NCBI GenBank assembly: GCA_016220095.1
Contig: JACRIJ010000102.1
Span: 233 to 64,232, forward strand
Length of the DNA stretch: 64,000 nt
Direction: 5' to 3'
DNA from: Planctomycetota bacterium
Lineage (GTDB): Bacteria > Planctomycetota > MHYJ01 > JACQXL01 > JACRIJ01
Below, piece by piece: positions 1 through 10,104 of the stretch; the first letter of the stretch is position 1; each line of letters begins with the position of its first letter. The notes below the pieces were generated by a model. The model was not told the DNA's origin. It ran no database searches and saw only the letters and a program-made list of their open reading frames with translations. Made by a program: the position numbers and the translations under genes.

Positions 1-7
1 TTGTGTC

Positions 8-1210
8 ATGAAATCCCAGAAATTTATTGACGTTACTGAAAAGTATGGCGCGCAGAATTACAAGCCGATTCCCGTGGTCATCTCACACGCCAAAGGCGTA
101 TGGGTATGGGATGCTGACGGTAAGAAATACATTGACATGTTAAGTTCATATTCCGCGCTTAACCAGGGGCATTTGCATCCCGCTATTATAAAGGCCGTCA
201 AACAGCAATTAGGCCGCGTTACGCTCACTTCGCGCGCGTTTTATAACGACCGCATCGGCGAATTCTTCAAAGCCGTGACCGGCGCCTGCAAAATGGACAA
301 GGTTCTTCCCATGAATTCCGGCGCCGAGGCCGTAGAAACCGCCATAAAACTCGCCCGCAAATGGGGCCATACGGTCAAGGGCATTCCTGAAAATTCCGCG
401 GAAATCATCTGTTGTAAGGACAATTTCCACGGCAGGACCACTACGGTCATCAGTTTTTCCACGGAACCGCAGTACCGCGCGGGTTTCGGGCCTTTTACCC
501 CGGGTTTCAAAATTATTGAATACGGCAATGCCGAAGACCTTGAGAAGGCCATAACGCCCAATACGGCGGCATTCCTTGTGGAACCTATACAAGGCGAGGC
601 CGGCATCGTCATGCCGCCCGCAGGATACCTTAGAAAAACCCGTGAAATATGCTCTGCTCATAACGTACTGTTTATCGCCGATGAAATCCAGACCGGTTTC
701 GGCAGAACGGGCAAATTGTTCTGCTGTGAACACGAAGGCGTAAAACCGGACGTTCTGATAATCGGCAAGGCATTAGGCGGCGGAATAATGCCGGTTTCCG
801 GCGTATTGAGCTCGGCTGAAATAATGAGCGTATTCAAACCCGGCGACCACGGAAGCACTTTCGGCGGCAACCCGCTCGCCTGCGCAGTAGGCATCGCGGC
901 AATCAACGTCCTTATCAAGGAAAAACTTGTGCAAAATTCCGCGAAAATGGGAGCGTATTTTATCAACGAATTGAAAAAACTTCAGAGCCCCATAGTAAAG
1001 GACATAAGGGGCAAAGGATTATTTATAGGCGTGGAAATCAAAAAAGAATGCGGTACCGCGCGCAAGTATTGCGAACAATTGATGCATCTCGGCGTGCTTT
1101 CCAAAGAGACGCACGACCAGGTCATCCGTTTCGCGCCGCCGCTGAACATAAAAAAACAGGAAATAGACTGGGCGCTTGAAAGAATAAAATCTATATTAAT
1201 TAACAACTAA
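8..1210 (+). CDS. rocD: ornithine aminotransferase (class III PLP-dependent aminotransferase)
   Basis: Complete 400-aa ORF. The N-terminus YGAQNYKPIPVVISHAKGVWVWDADGKKYIDMLSSYSALNQGH and the FIADEIQTGFGRTGK / GKALGGG PLP region match the RocD/OAT family from memory. No alignment was run. Confidence 0.85.
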   Translation: MKSQKFIDVTEKYGAQNYKPIPVVISHAKGVWVWDADGKKYIDMLSSYSALNQGHLHPAIIKAVKQQLGRVTLTSRAFYNDRIGEFFKAVTGACKMDKVLPMNSGAEAVETAIKLARKWGHTVKGIPENSAEIICCKDNFHGRTTTVISFSTEPQYRAGFGPFTPGFKIIEYGNAEDLEKAITPNTAAFLVEPIQGEAGIVMPPAGYLRKTREICSAHNVLFIADEIQTGFGRTGKLFCCEHEGVKPDVLIIGKALGGGIMPVSGVLSSAEIMSVFKPGDHGSTFGGNPLACAVGIAAINVLIKEKLVQNSAKMGAYFINELKKLQSPIVKDIRGKGLFIGVEIKKECGTARKYCEQLMHLGVLSKETHDQVIRFAPPLNIKKQEIDWALERIKSILINN

Positions 1211-1492
1211 GACTGATTGCACAGATTGAAGCTCCCTGCTGCAAGTCTTCGGCGAGCTTAGCCGAGCCGTAGCAGGGAATTCGCAGGCGGGTGACGATTA
1301 ACAAGATGCGGCATAGACAGACAAAAACGCTTGCCCCATCCCATCAAGGAGGGGGGAATTACTTCAAATGGCCTAAATATTACTTTGCATCGGATGTACA
1401 AGATGCAAAGTGAGCTTGCCGAAGTGCCGCTGATAGTTACTCACTGCTAAACAATATCGTAAATCGCAAATCGTATTCGTAAATCGTAAATC

Positions 1493-4400
1493 TTAAATCT
1501 TAATTCTTAAATCGTTCCTGTCCAGTACTTCCCGCACCTTTGTCAAAAACGACGCGGGCGTAAACGGCTTCTGAATAAACATCAATCCTTCATCCAGCAC
1601 TCCGTGGTGCACTATATCATCATCCGTATAACCGGACATGAAAAGCACTTTCAAATCGGGCATAATCCTGCCTATATGTTTAGCGAGTTCGCCGCCGCTC
1701 ATCTGCGGCATCACGACATCGGTTATAAGCAATTGAATCGGCTTGCCCGTATAGGCTTGTATGAATTTCAACGCCTCTGCCCCGTTATTCGCGCCATGCA
1801 CGTCATAACCGTTATCCTGCAGTACGGCGGTAATAAGCGAATATACCCCCTTATCGTCTTCAACGAGCAATATTGATTCCGAACCGTGTTTAAGCGCCGG
1901 CTGTTCATTTTTTTGCGCGGCATTATCTTCGCGAACCGCTTCTTCGGGTATGCCGGGAAGGTATATCTTAAATGTCGTGCCTATCCCGGGTTCGCTGTAA
2001 ACCACGACGTGTCCGCCGCTCTGTTTGACAATGCCGTACACCGTGGAAAGCCCGAGTCCCGTGCCCTTGCCCTGCTCCTTGGTTGTAAAGAACGGTTCAA
2101 ATATATGCGACTTGACTTCATCACTCATCCCTGTACCCGTATCGCTTACTGTAAGCATGATATAATCTCCGGCCGCCATATCGGAATGCCTGTCTGCTTC
2201 ATCAATCCTAACGCTGTCAGTTCCTATGGTCAATACACCGCCGTTAGGCATAGCGTCACGGGCATTTACAGAAAGGTTCATAATAACCTGTTCAATCTGG
2301 CCGGGATCCGCTTTTATCCTCCCTGTCTGCGGCTTCAGAACGGTTTTCAGCTCAATGTTTTCCAAGATAATGCGCCTCAGCATCTTTTCTATGTTGACAA
2401 TAACGGCATTAATGTCAAGCACCTGCGGCGAAAGTATCTGCTTGCGGCTGAATGCCAAAAGCTGGCGCGTCAGTGCAGACGCGCGTTCCGCGGCATTCTG
2501 CATCTGTTCTACATACCCGAAACGCGGGTCATTCCTGTCAACGGTATTCATAAGCATCGAATTGTATCCGCTGATTATCGTCAAAAGATTATTGAAATCA
2601 TGGGCAATGCCTCCCGCGAGACGGCCTATAGCCTCTATCTTCTGCGATTGGCGCAACTGGTCTTCTATCTTCTTACGCTCCGTATTGTCAAAAACATACC
2701 CCTTGATTCCGGCAAGGCCTCCATGGCTGTCAAAATCGCCGACGACATTCGCTATTATGAACACCTCCCTGCCGTCAGTACGCTTCAATTCCACCTCGCA
2801 GTTCTCAAGCTTTTTCTCAAGCCCCAAGCGCGCAAGAAATTCCTCTTTTGCCGCGGCATCGGCAAAAAGCGAAAAAAAATCAAAATCCGCCGCGCACTTA
2901 TCCGATTCAAAACCGAATATGCGCGCGAATGCCGGGTTGCACGATATAATCCTGCCGTCTGAAGACAATATGAAATCACCCGCAAGGTCTTCTTCAAAAA
3001 ACCTCCTGTACCGCTCCTCGCTTTTGCGCAGGGATTCGCTTATCTTCTTGAATTCCGTAATATCCAGCAGGGATGCAACGCTCTTCCCTGTTTCCGGAAT
3101 TACCGATGTGGACATGTAAATGTCCCTGATTTCGCCTTTTTTATTGGCCAGCCTGAATTCGTAATGCCTCGGAACCCCTTTTGACACAATCCTGCGCGTG
3201 ACATGATAATCGTATATCTTTTTCCAGTCGTCTTCCACTACAAATTTCTTAAAAGTCATGCTATTCTCAATCTCTTCCCTGGCATATCCCGACAGCTTTA
3301 CGAATTCCCTGTTGGCAAGAAGTATCCTGTCTTTTTCATCCACTATTACGGTCGCGTTGCCCGTGGTTTCAAATATCGCCCTATACCTGTCCTCGGATAC
3401 CTTCAGGGCCTTCTCGGTCTTCTTGCGCTGAAGCACCGTGCCTAACTGGGTCGATACGGTAACTACCATATCCATAATGTGCTCGTCTTCGTCCCTGGAT
3501 TCAAACGAACAAAATACCATAACAGCGACAACTTCGTTGTCCGCGACAACCGGTATGGCCATGCATGTCATGAACCCGACATCCTTCGCGCCATCAACCT
3601 GAACAAAATCCTTTGCCAGGGAAATATCCCTTACCCAGCGGGGCTGTTTTAACAGGAATACCGCGCCGGGAATGCCGATGCCGGAAGGAAACGAAAACTC
3701 TCCCGACCCCTGAAACCTGAACTTTTCCAATTCCTTATAAGAACCGTGCCATGTCTGCGAATACAAAAGGAATTTATTGCCCTCATCCGGCACCCATATC
3801 TCGCCGTACGCCCACCCTATGGCACTGCATACCGCGCGAAGCGTTATCCTGTAGGCATCGTCAAGGGTCGTGGAATCGTTTACAAGCAGGGTTATGGACT
3901 GGAGCATCCGCATCTCCTCCTCCGCTTTCTTGCGCTCGGTTATGTCCTGCACCGTGCCGATCATCCTTGCCGCCGTGCCGTCATCATTGAAAAGCACCTT
4001 TGCCTGTTCATATATGTACCTCTCTGTTTTATCCGGCATAAGAATGCGGTGGTCTATGCGGTAATCCGATTCTTTCTTGAGCGCCGCCTGTACGGAACCC
4101 TTTACGAAATCCCTGTCTTCAGGATACACCCTTTCAAGAAATGACTCAAAAGTTAATTCGAATTCGTGCGGCTTTAAGCCAAAAATACGATATACTTCAT
4201 CAGACCACAACAGTTCATTTTTAGCAATGTCCCAGTCCCAGTTTCCGATATGCGCGATACGCTGGGCCTCGACAAGCGATGATTCGCTCTTCCTCAACTC
4301 TTCCTCCGACATCTTACGCTTGATTACCTGCCCTAACTGGGCCGCCACAGACGTAACCATGCTAATCAACCGTTCATCTTCCTGCCGTTCCTTAAATGCG

Positions 4401-6727
4401 AAGAAAATCATTACGGCAACAATTTCTTTGCCGACAAAAACAGGTATGGCCATTGCGGTTTTAAGCCCTGCCTCTTGTGCCAAATTGCCCCTTATGAAAT
4501 CCGGATTCTTCGTGACGTCCTTAATCCATAAAGGGTTTCCATCCTGAAAAACTTTACCGGGAATCCCGATGCCAACGGGAAAAACAGTATCTTTGCTCTT
4601 GACATTAAAATCATCCAGAACATCGTCAGCCTTATATATGGCAACATTGTCTTCAAGCCATTTCCCGCCGGCTTTAGGCATCCATATTTCCCCGTAAACC
4701 CACCCCGTAGCAATACTGACCTTGCGCAATATTATTTCCATCGCTAAACCGAGGCTCCCGGCATCATTAAGTTCTGTTGTAATTGATTGCAGTAATTGCA
4801 CGGATTCTTCCGCGTTCCTGCGCTCGGTGATATCCTGTATGGTTCCGGACATCCTGACCGGGTTGCCGGATTCGCCACAAATAAATACGGCCTGCATATA
4901 AATGACTTTTGTGCGGCCGTCCGGAACGACGATACGGAATTCCTCCTTGAACGGTTTTTTTTCGGACATTGCAATATCAATCATCCGTTTGATTCTTTCA
5001 GCGTCTGCCGCATGAATTATCTTCACCAATGCATTATAGGATGACTCATAGGTATAAGTCATTCCCTCCTCGCGGGAAAATCCGAGAATATGGTAAAGTT
5101 CTTCCGACCAGTGCACCTTGTCATTTACCATATCCCAATCCCAATTCCCTATCGCAGCCATTTTCTGAGCCTCTGCAAGGGATGATTCGCTTTTCCTGAG
5201 AGCCTCCTCCATTTTCTTCCTCTCGGTAATATCCGTGGAAATGCCGCATACCGCGTAAGGAATGCCTTCGGCATCAAACAATGGGAATTTAACTGAAATG
5301 TACGTACGCAATTTGCCATCCATTAAAACGGTTTCTTCAACTTCAAGCGGAGTACGAAGAGACAATACCTTGCGGTCATTCGCGACAAGGGCATCAGCTA
5401 TTTCCTCAGGAAATATATCGTGGTCGCTTTTGCCCGCTATCTGACCTGCGTTTATATGGCAACTTTCTTCAAATTGGCGGTTGACCATGATAAATTTTTC
5501 TTTAATGTCTTTTACATAAATAACCGCGGAAGAATTATTTATTATAGACCTCAAACGCTCTTCAGTCTCCGCAAGCGACGTACCAAGCTGTCTTCGGAGC
5601 TGGTCCCGTTCCATCGCCTCTACCGCGAAAGCAATATGCTCGGTGAGGGAACTCAGTATTTTAATTTCTCCTTCCCCGAAAAAATCCGCATCTACCGCAT
5701 AAAGGCAGATTATCCCGAACACGTATTCCTTTGCCATAAGCGGGAAAACGCCTACGGAATGATAGCCGCGCTTAAGCGCCTCTTCATGCCACAAGAGCGC
5801 GCCATGGTTGTTTTGTATATCATTGTATACAAAAGGCCTTTTTTCGCGGTATGCCATGCCGCCCGGGCCCCTGCCTTCAGGAATGTCGTCCATGGAAACG
5901 CGGATTTCCCCGAGATAACCGTCTTCAAATCCGCTGTACGCAACGGGTTTCAACAGACGTTCCTTATAATCCGGCACTCCTATCCATGCCATTTTTAATA
6001 AACCGCTTTCAACTATATGCCTGCAGGTCTCCTCAAACAACTTGTTCTTATCCTGTATGAACGTCAAAGACCTGTGTATGTGATTGACATGGGTTATCAT
6101 CTCGTACAACCTGTTCAACTGCCTTATTTTCAACGCGGATTGTTTTTCTTCTGAAATGTCCTTTTGTATCGCGAAAAGTCCGATGACCTCCCCGCTATCG
6201 TCCAAAATCGGATTGGCAGACTCCTCCACTATTACAAGCCGGCCGTCTTTCGCCGCATTAATCATCTCTGCCTGCGCAACCTGCTTGGACAATACCGCTT
6301 CCCAAAAAGCCTTGTATTTGCCCGAATCCATCTTACTGCTTTTCAGTATCTTCGGAGTAACCTTGCCTATTACTTCTTCAGGCGCATATCCGTAAAGGCG
6401 CGTGAATTCCGGATTGACATACGTAAATACGCCCTTAAGATCGGTCATAAACATCACTTCGCCGGATGTTTCAACCGCCTTGCGCAGTTTGTTCAACTCA
6501 CTGCTTCTGCTTCGCTCATGCTTCTGTATCGGCCTTACAACGAACAGGTAAATGAACGGCACAACGAACATACTAAGCGTTAAAGTGTCCAACACTGCCA
6601 GCGTAAAATGCGGAACTATATTTCCCAATCCCGTCACTTCTATGACTGTCATTATAGCAAATTCCATAGCGGCAGTGTAAAGCACGACTATAAACGCTAT
6701 TTTTACAATATTGGGTATACGTTTCAT
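1493..6727 (-). CDS. hybrid sensor histidine kinase/response regulator with multiple PAS and GAF domains
   Basis: 1744-aa ORF with two N-terminal TM helices and alternating PAS-like and GAF-like segments. These include a duplicated PAS-GAF unit (LRKSESSL.EAQ..A.IGNWDWD ... GIGIPG ...). It also has the HisKA H-box GIAHDFNNLL, HATPase motifs (DTGTGM, GTGLGLS) and a C-terminal receiver (ILLVEDD ... TDVVMPQMSG ... K). It starts 6 nt after the stop of the upstream response regulator. Confidence 0.9.
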   Translation of the reverse strand: MKRIPNIVKIAFIVVLYTAAMEFAIMTVIEVTGLGNIVPHFTLAVLDTLTLSMFVVPFIYLFVVRPIQKHERSRSSELNKLRKAVETSGEVMFMTDLKGVFTYVNPEFTRLYGYAPEEVIGKVTPKILKSSKMDSGKYKAFWEAVLSKQVAQAEMINAAKDGRLVIVEESANPILDDSGEVIGLFAIQKDISEEKQSALKIRQLNRLYEMITHVNHIHRSLTFIQDKNKLFEETCRHIVESGLLKMAWIGVPDYKERLLKPVAYSGFEDGYLGEIRVSMDDIPEGRGPGGMAYREKRPFVYNDIQNNHGALLWHEEALKRGYHSVGVFPLMAKEYVFGIICLYAVDADFFGEGEIKILSSLTEHIAFAVEAMERDQLRRQLGTSLAETEERLRSIINNSSAVIYVKDIKEKFIMVNRQFEESCHINAGQIAGKSDHDIFPEEIADALVANDRKVLSLRTPLEVEETVLMDGKLRTYISVKFPLFDAEGIPYAVCGISTDITERKKMEEALRKSESSLAEAQKMAAIGNWDWDMVNDKVHWSEELYHILGFSREEGMTYTYESSYNALVKIIHAADAERIKRMIDIAMSEKKPFKEEFRIVVPDGRTKVIYMQAVFICGESGNPVRMSGTIQDITERRNAEESVQLLQSITTELNDAGSLGLAMEIILRKVSIATGWVYGEIWMPKAGGKWLEDNVAIYKADDVLDDFNVKSKDTVFPVGIGIPGKVFQDGNPLWIKDVTKNPDFIRGNLAQEAGLKTAMAIPVFVGKEIVAVMIFFAFKERQEDERLISMVTSVAAQLGQVIKRKMSEEELRKSESSLVEAQRIAHIGNWDWDIAKNELLWSDEVYRIFGLKPHEFELTFESFLERVYPEDRDFVKGSVQAALKKESDYRIDHRILMPDKTERYIYEQAKVLFNDDGTAARMIGTVQDITERKKAEEEMRMLQSITLLVNDSTTLDDAYRITLRAVCSAIGWAYGEIWVPDEGNKFLLYSQTWHGSYKELEKFRFQGSGEFSFPSGIGIPGAVFLLKQPRWVRDISLAKDFVQVDGAKDVGFMTCMAIPVVADNEVVAVMVFCSFESRDEDEHIMDMVVTVSTQLGTVLQRKKTEKALKVSEDRYRAIFETTGNATVIVDEKDRILLANREFVKLSGYAREEIENSMTFKKFVVEDDWKKIYDYHVTRRIVSKGVPRHYEFRLANKKGEIRDIYMSTSVIPETGKSVASLLDITEFKKISESLRKSEERYRRFFEEDLAGDFILSSDGRIISCNPAFARIFGFESDKCAADFDFFSLFADAAAKEEFLARLGLEKKLENCEVELKRTDGREVFIIANVVGDFDSHGGLAGIKGYVFDNTERKKIEDQLRQSQKIEAIGRLAGGIAHDFNNLLTIISGYNSMLMNTVDRNDPRFGYVEQMQNAAERASALTRQLLAFSRKQILSPQVLDINAVIVNIEKMLRRIILENIELKTVLKPQTGRIKADPGQIEQVIMNLSVNARDAMPNGGVLTIGTDSVRIDEADRHSDMAAGDYIMLTVSDTGTGMSDEVKSHIFEPFFTTKEQGKGTGLGLSTVYGIVKQSGGHVVVYSEPGIGTTFKIYLPGIPEEAVREDNAAQKNEQPALKHGSESILLVEDDKGVYSLITAVLQDNGYDVHGANNGAEALKFIQAYTGKPIQLLITDVVMPQMSGGELAKHIGRIMPDLKVLFMSGYTDDDIVHHGVLDEGLMFIQKPFTPASFLTKVREVLDRNDLRIKI

Positions 6728-6733
6728 AAAAAT

Positions 6734-7807
6734 TCAGACTTGTTCCTGGTCCGGTATGTCCGTGCGCAATTTCAGGAAATGGTCTATGTTTCCAAGAAAC
6801 AAGTCAAGCAATTCCGGCTCAAAATGCCTGCCGCGCATGTTTTTCATGATACTCAGCGTCTCTTCAAGAGGGAACGCTGATTTGTACACGCGTTTTGAAC
6901 TGAGCGCGTCAAAGACGTCCGCTATGGCTACAATGCGTCCATATATATGTATATTATCGCCCTTCAACGCGTTGGGATATCCCGTACCATCCCATTTTTC
7001 ATGATGCTCCATGGCTATTATCTGGCCGGCTCTTATGGTGTCGTATTTGTCCGATTTATCAAGTATCTTGCCGCCTATGGTAGTATGGGTCTTCATTACC
7101 TCAAACTCCTCCTCGGTCAGCTTGCCGGGTTTGAGCAGTATCCTGTCGGGTATGCCTATCTTGCCGACGTCATGGAGCGGCGAGGCATAAAGGAGCAATT
7201 CACATTCCGGATGCGACAGCCCGTATAATTCGGCAAGTTTCTGCGAATAATAGCTCATCCTTACAATATGCGCGCCGGTCTCCATATCCCTGAATTCCGC
7301 CGTCTTGCCGAGCCGCAGGCATATCTCGTATTCGGTCTCTTTGGCGGACTTCAAGGCGTTCTGTAACTGCAACGTCCGTTCCTTCACCTTTTCTTCAAGG
7401 GTCTGGTTCATTGTCTTGAGAATATCGTTGTATTTCTTTACCCTGATGTAAGTCAACGCGCGCAATTTAAGCTCGGTTATGTTGTACGGTTTGTCAAGAA
7501 AATCGTTCGCCCCAAGCTGTAATGCCTTAATCCTCTCCTCGCTGTCGCCGGTTATGACAATGACGGGGATTAACTTGAAATTCTCATCGTGTTTTATCAG
7601 TTCAAGGGTCTTGAACCCGTCCATTATAGGCATGTTGAGGTCGAGAAGCACTATGTCCGTGTCAGGATAAAGCTTGAGTAAATCTATGGCTTCCCTGCCG
7701 TTGCCGGCCTTGATAACGTCAGCCTTGTGTTCAATATTGAACGCGCGTTCAATCAATGTAAGATTATCCGGTTCATCGTCAACAGCCAGTATTCTTATTT
7801 TTTCCAT
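6734..7807 (-). CDS. response regulator with HD-GYP phosphodiesterase domain (RpfG-like)
   Basis: 357-aa ORF with a receiver domain (ILAVDDEPDN, LLDLNMPIMDG) followed by HD-GYP motifs (HDVGKIGIPD, HHEKWDGTGYP). Confidence 0.9.
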   Translation of the reverse strand: MEKIRILAVDDEPDNLTLIERAFNIEHKADVIKAGNGREAIDLLKLYPDTDIVLLDLNMPIMDGFKTLELIKHDENFKLIPVIVITGDSEERIKALQLGANDFLDKPYNITELKLRALTYIRVKKYNDILKTMNQTLEEKVKERTLQLQNALKSAKETEYEICLRLGKTAEFRDMETGAHIVRMSYYSQKLAELYGLSHPECELLLYASPLHDVGKIGIPDRILLKPGKLTEEEFEVMKTHTTIGGKILDKSDKYDTIRAGQIIAMEHHEKWDGTGYPNALKGDNIHIYGRIVAIADVFDALSSKRVYKSAFPLEETLSIMKNMRGRHFEPELLDLFLGNIDHFLKLRTDIPDQEQV

Positions 7808-7887
7808 GCGTGCAAAACTTCCTTAACAACGGATTAACTGAGACTGTTTAAACAACAGATTTAACAGATTAAACGTATTACTACGGA

Positions 7888-8016
7888 GAGCACAATATAC
7901 TTGACATTTGAAGGTAGCCGCAGGCTTTAGCCTGCGCTTAGAATCAAGTATTACAGCGCAACCTAAAGGTTGCGGCTACCTTAGCGCTGGCTATGAATGC
8001 CAAGTATATTATGCTC
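7888..8016 (-). repeat. 129-nt nested inverted repeat (multi-branch hairpin) between two minus-strand operons
   Basis: The outer arms are gagcacaatatacttg (7888-7903) and caagtatattatgctc (8001-8016), 15/16 complementary. The single mismatch becomes a G-U pair only on the minus-strand transcript. The inner arms aaggtagccgca (7911-7922) and tgcggctacctt (7971-7982) are 12/12 complementary. They enclose three short hairpins: ggc-ttta-gcc, tgcgc..gcgca and acc-taaa-ggt. Confidence 0.8.
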
Positions 8017-8109
8017 CGAGTGATAACTATTGCAAACCGAAGGAACACTGCTACGTTAAACTCCAGCCTCCAGACTCTGAACTTCGTCCCGTCCTTCATT
8101 ATTCATTCT

Positions 8110-10008
8110 TTATCTTGAGAACGGCAGCATCCTCAGATACACTTCCAGCGACAACGTCGCCATCGCCGTGGTATATACGCGGCTCTTCGCCCATTTCTCG
8201 TCCGCGGGGCTCCAACTGCCGTCCTCACAGCCCTGCGTGTCCATTATCGTGGTAAGAAATCCCGTCATCTGTTCATTCCAAAGGTCCCAGTATCCGCCGC
8301 CTAACTGGAACATCGCAAGGCTCGTCTGGTAAATATGATAAAAATTGACCTCTTCGCTCTTCCATTTGTCGTCTTTCAACACTATCTCAGCGCCGTTAAG
8401 CAGTACGGGTGAATCATTCCTCCAACCCATCAGTATCCTCGCAATTATTCCAACTGATGTTATCGTGGTTGAGCCCTGGCCGAAATCCCTGTATCCGACC
8501 TTGCCGGTAGAATTGTCTGTCATCCGGTCCAGCCATTCCGACGCGCCTTCAAAACCCTGTGCAGGCACGTCAAGGCCCGCAAGCCTGCCCGATTTAAGGG
8601 CGAATACCTGCCAACCGACTAACGACGTATCGTTGTCGTTGCAATTCGGCTTATAACGCCAGCCTAACCCAGGCGTCTGGGCCGATATGATAAAATCTAT
8701 GCCTTTCTGGGCCGGTTTTTTCAGCGTGGCATCTCTCGTCATACCGTATAATTCCGACAACGCGAGCGTTGCCATCGCCTGTTCAAACATGCTTATGTCG
8801 TTCGTATTCGGATTCACAAATGCGCCGTTCTTGTCCTGCACGTCCAATAACCACTTCACCGCCTTGTCTATCACGGACCTGAATTTTTCCCTCTGCTCTT
8901 TATCATCGTCCTTGTTCTTTTTATCCTCGTCCTTATCCTTGCCAACTTTTACCTTGTGCGTGTATCCGGCACCCAAGAAGCATAACAAAGAGAGGGATGT
9001 CGCGGTAACGTCATATTCCCCCTGTATGGAAGATTCATCATCTCTCGCGGGTCCCTGGCATTTGCCCATATAACCGTTAAAATCCCAATGGCCGTCTTTT
9101 TCCTGGTGCCTCATGAGCCAATTCAAAGATTTTTCAACTGCCTGCCTGCCGCGGGCATTGCCGTTGAACGCGCCCGCGGAACTCTCCTGGCCTTCTCCCG
9201 AACGCATTCCGTAATAACCAGAGGATTCGTCAAGATCCGTATCAAGTATCATAGCGGTTATGTTTTCCTCCGCCGTTTTCTGCACCTCGGTTTTGTCCTT
9301 CGCCTTTTTCGCGTTTTCCATCACGGATGCTATAGGCGGCCTTGAAAGGTATCCTTCAAATTCAGGCTTGTTTCCCTGCCACCAGGCCTGCATCTTCGCG
9401 AGGTCATAACCGAAATCCTGGCCCGTCATCTGCCACATTACGTATTGGATTTTCCATTTATAGAACTGGTCGGTCTGCACGGCGTATATGCCGACAAGCT
9501 TTTCCATTGTTTCTTCGTCCTTGAAACCGTCAAGCGTAAAAAGCGTGCCGATATTTTCCACGGCGCGCATTACCGTTGTCTGTTCTTTCGCGTCAAGCGC
9601 CTTGATAAGCTCCTGCCTGAGCGGTTCGCGCGACCCGAGCGCCACAAGCGCTCTGACCGCATAATACCTCAATGACGGCAATGAATACCTGCAGGCATGC
9701 TTCATGAGCGCCGGCGCCGCGGATTCGTCACCGATATTCTCAATCGCCCTGATGACCTCTACGGCCACATCAATGTCTTCATCATCAAGCAATTTAATGA
9801 GCTTCGGCACCGCTTCTTTGCATTTTATCCTGCCAAGCACCCTCGCGCATTCGGCCCTGATGCAACCGTCCTTTACGGACAATTTATCCATCAGCATCTG
9901 CGGGGTGATCTTTGACGGCTTTTTGCCTGCCGGCTCAGTGCGCGCGGATTGAAATGCAATTGCCAACATGAATACCACTGCCACAAAAATAAGAATTGCT
10001 TTTCTCAT
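8110..10008 (-). CDS. secreted HEAT-repeat protein fused to a prenyltransferase/squalene-cyclase-like alpha/alpha-toroid repeat domain
   Basis: 632-aa ORF with a signal peptide (MRKAILIFVAVVFMLAIAFQSA). N-terminal HEAT-like repeats include RAECARVLGRIKCKEAVPKLIKLLDDEDIDVAVEVIRAIENIG. The C-terminal repeats are of the type WLMRHQEKDGHW, WLLDVQDKNGAF, FIISAQTPGLGWRY with EQAMATLALSELYGMT, typical of the terpenoid-cyclase/prenyltransferase-like fold. RBS GGAGG lies upstream of the ATG. Confidence 0.7.
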   Translation of the reverse strand: MRKAILIFVAVVFMLAIAFQSARTEPAGKKPSKITPQMLMDKLSVKDGCIRAECARVLGRIKCKEAVPKLIKLLDDEDIDVAVEVIRAIENIGDESAAPALMKHACRYSLPSLRYYAVRALVALGSREPLRQELIKALDAKEQTTVMRAVENIGTLFTLDGFKDEETMEKLVGIYAVQTDQFYKWKIQYVMWQMTGQDFGYDLAKMQAWWQGNKPEFEGYLSRPPIASVMENAKKAKDKTEVQKTAEENITAMILDTDLDESSGYYGMRSGEGQESSAGAFNGNARGRQAVEKSLNWLMRHQEKDGHWDFNGYMGKCQGPARDDESSIQGEYDVTATSLSLLCFLGAGYTHKVKVGKDKDEDKKNKDDDKEQREKFRSVIDKAVKWLLDVQDKNGAFVNPNTNDISMFEQAMATLALSELYGMTRDATLKKPAQKGIDFIISAQTPGLGWRYKPNCNDNDTSLVGWQVFALKSGRLAGLDVPAQGFEGASEWLDRMTDNSTGKVGYRDFGQGSTTITSVGIIARILMGWRNDSPVLLNGAEIVLKDDKWKSEEVNFYHIYQTSLAMFQLGGGYWDLWNEQMTGFLTTIMDTQGCEDGSWSPADEKWAKSRVYTTAMATLSLEVYLRMLPFSR

Positions 10009-10104
10009 ACAACCAACCTCCTAAAAAAATTTTCCAACAGAAAAATTTTTTTATACACTTAACACAGCTATTGTAAAACATTCCATTATTCTTATTGTTA
10101 ATTC

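Noticed and set aside
1604-6583. Many long plus-strand ORFs (e.g. 1886-2962, 2226-3119, 5420-5998) inside the histidine-kinase gene, and similar antisense ORFs inside rocD, the giant genes, cusA and others.
   Set aside because: They lie antisense or out of frame to ORFs with clear family motifs. Their translations are compositionally skewed (Arg/Ser/Phe-rich) and carry no recognisable motifs. They are shadow ORFs.
7908-8255. Listed ORFs 7908-8255 and 23386-23787, plus the N-terminal extension of 27327, share the peptide RPVLH(F/Y/S)SF(F/Y)I(L/F). This could be mistaken for a conserved small-protein family.
   Set aside because: The shared peptide is the translation of the family-A intergenic motif cgtcccgtccttcat.... 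The rest of each ORF runs antisense into neighbouring genes.
8110-10008. The alpha/alpha-toroid domain with SMFEQAM was considered as an alpha-2-macroglobulin-type thioester domain (CGEQ).
   Set aside because: The thioester Cys is absent (Met-Phe in its place), and no MG or bait-region domains are evident. A prenyltransferase/terpene-cyclase-like repeat protein fits better.
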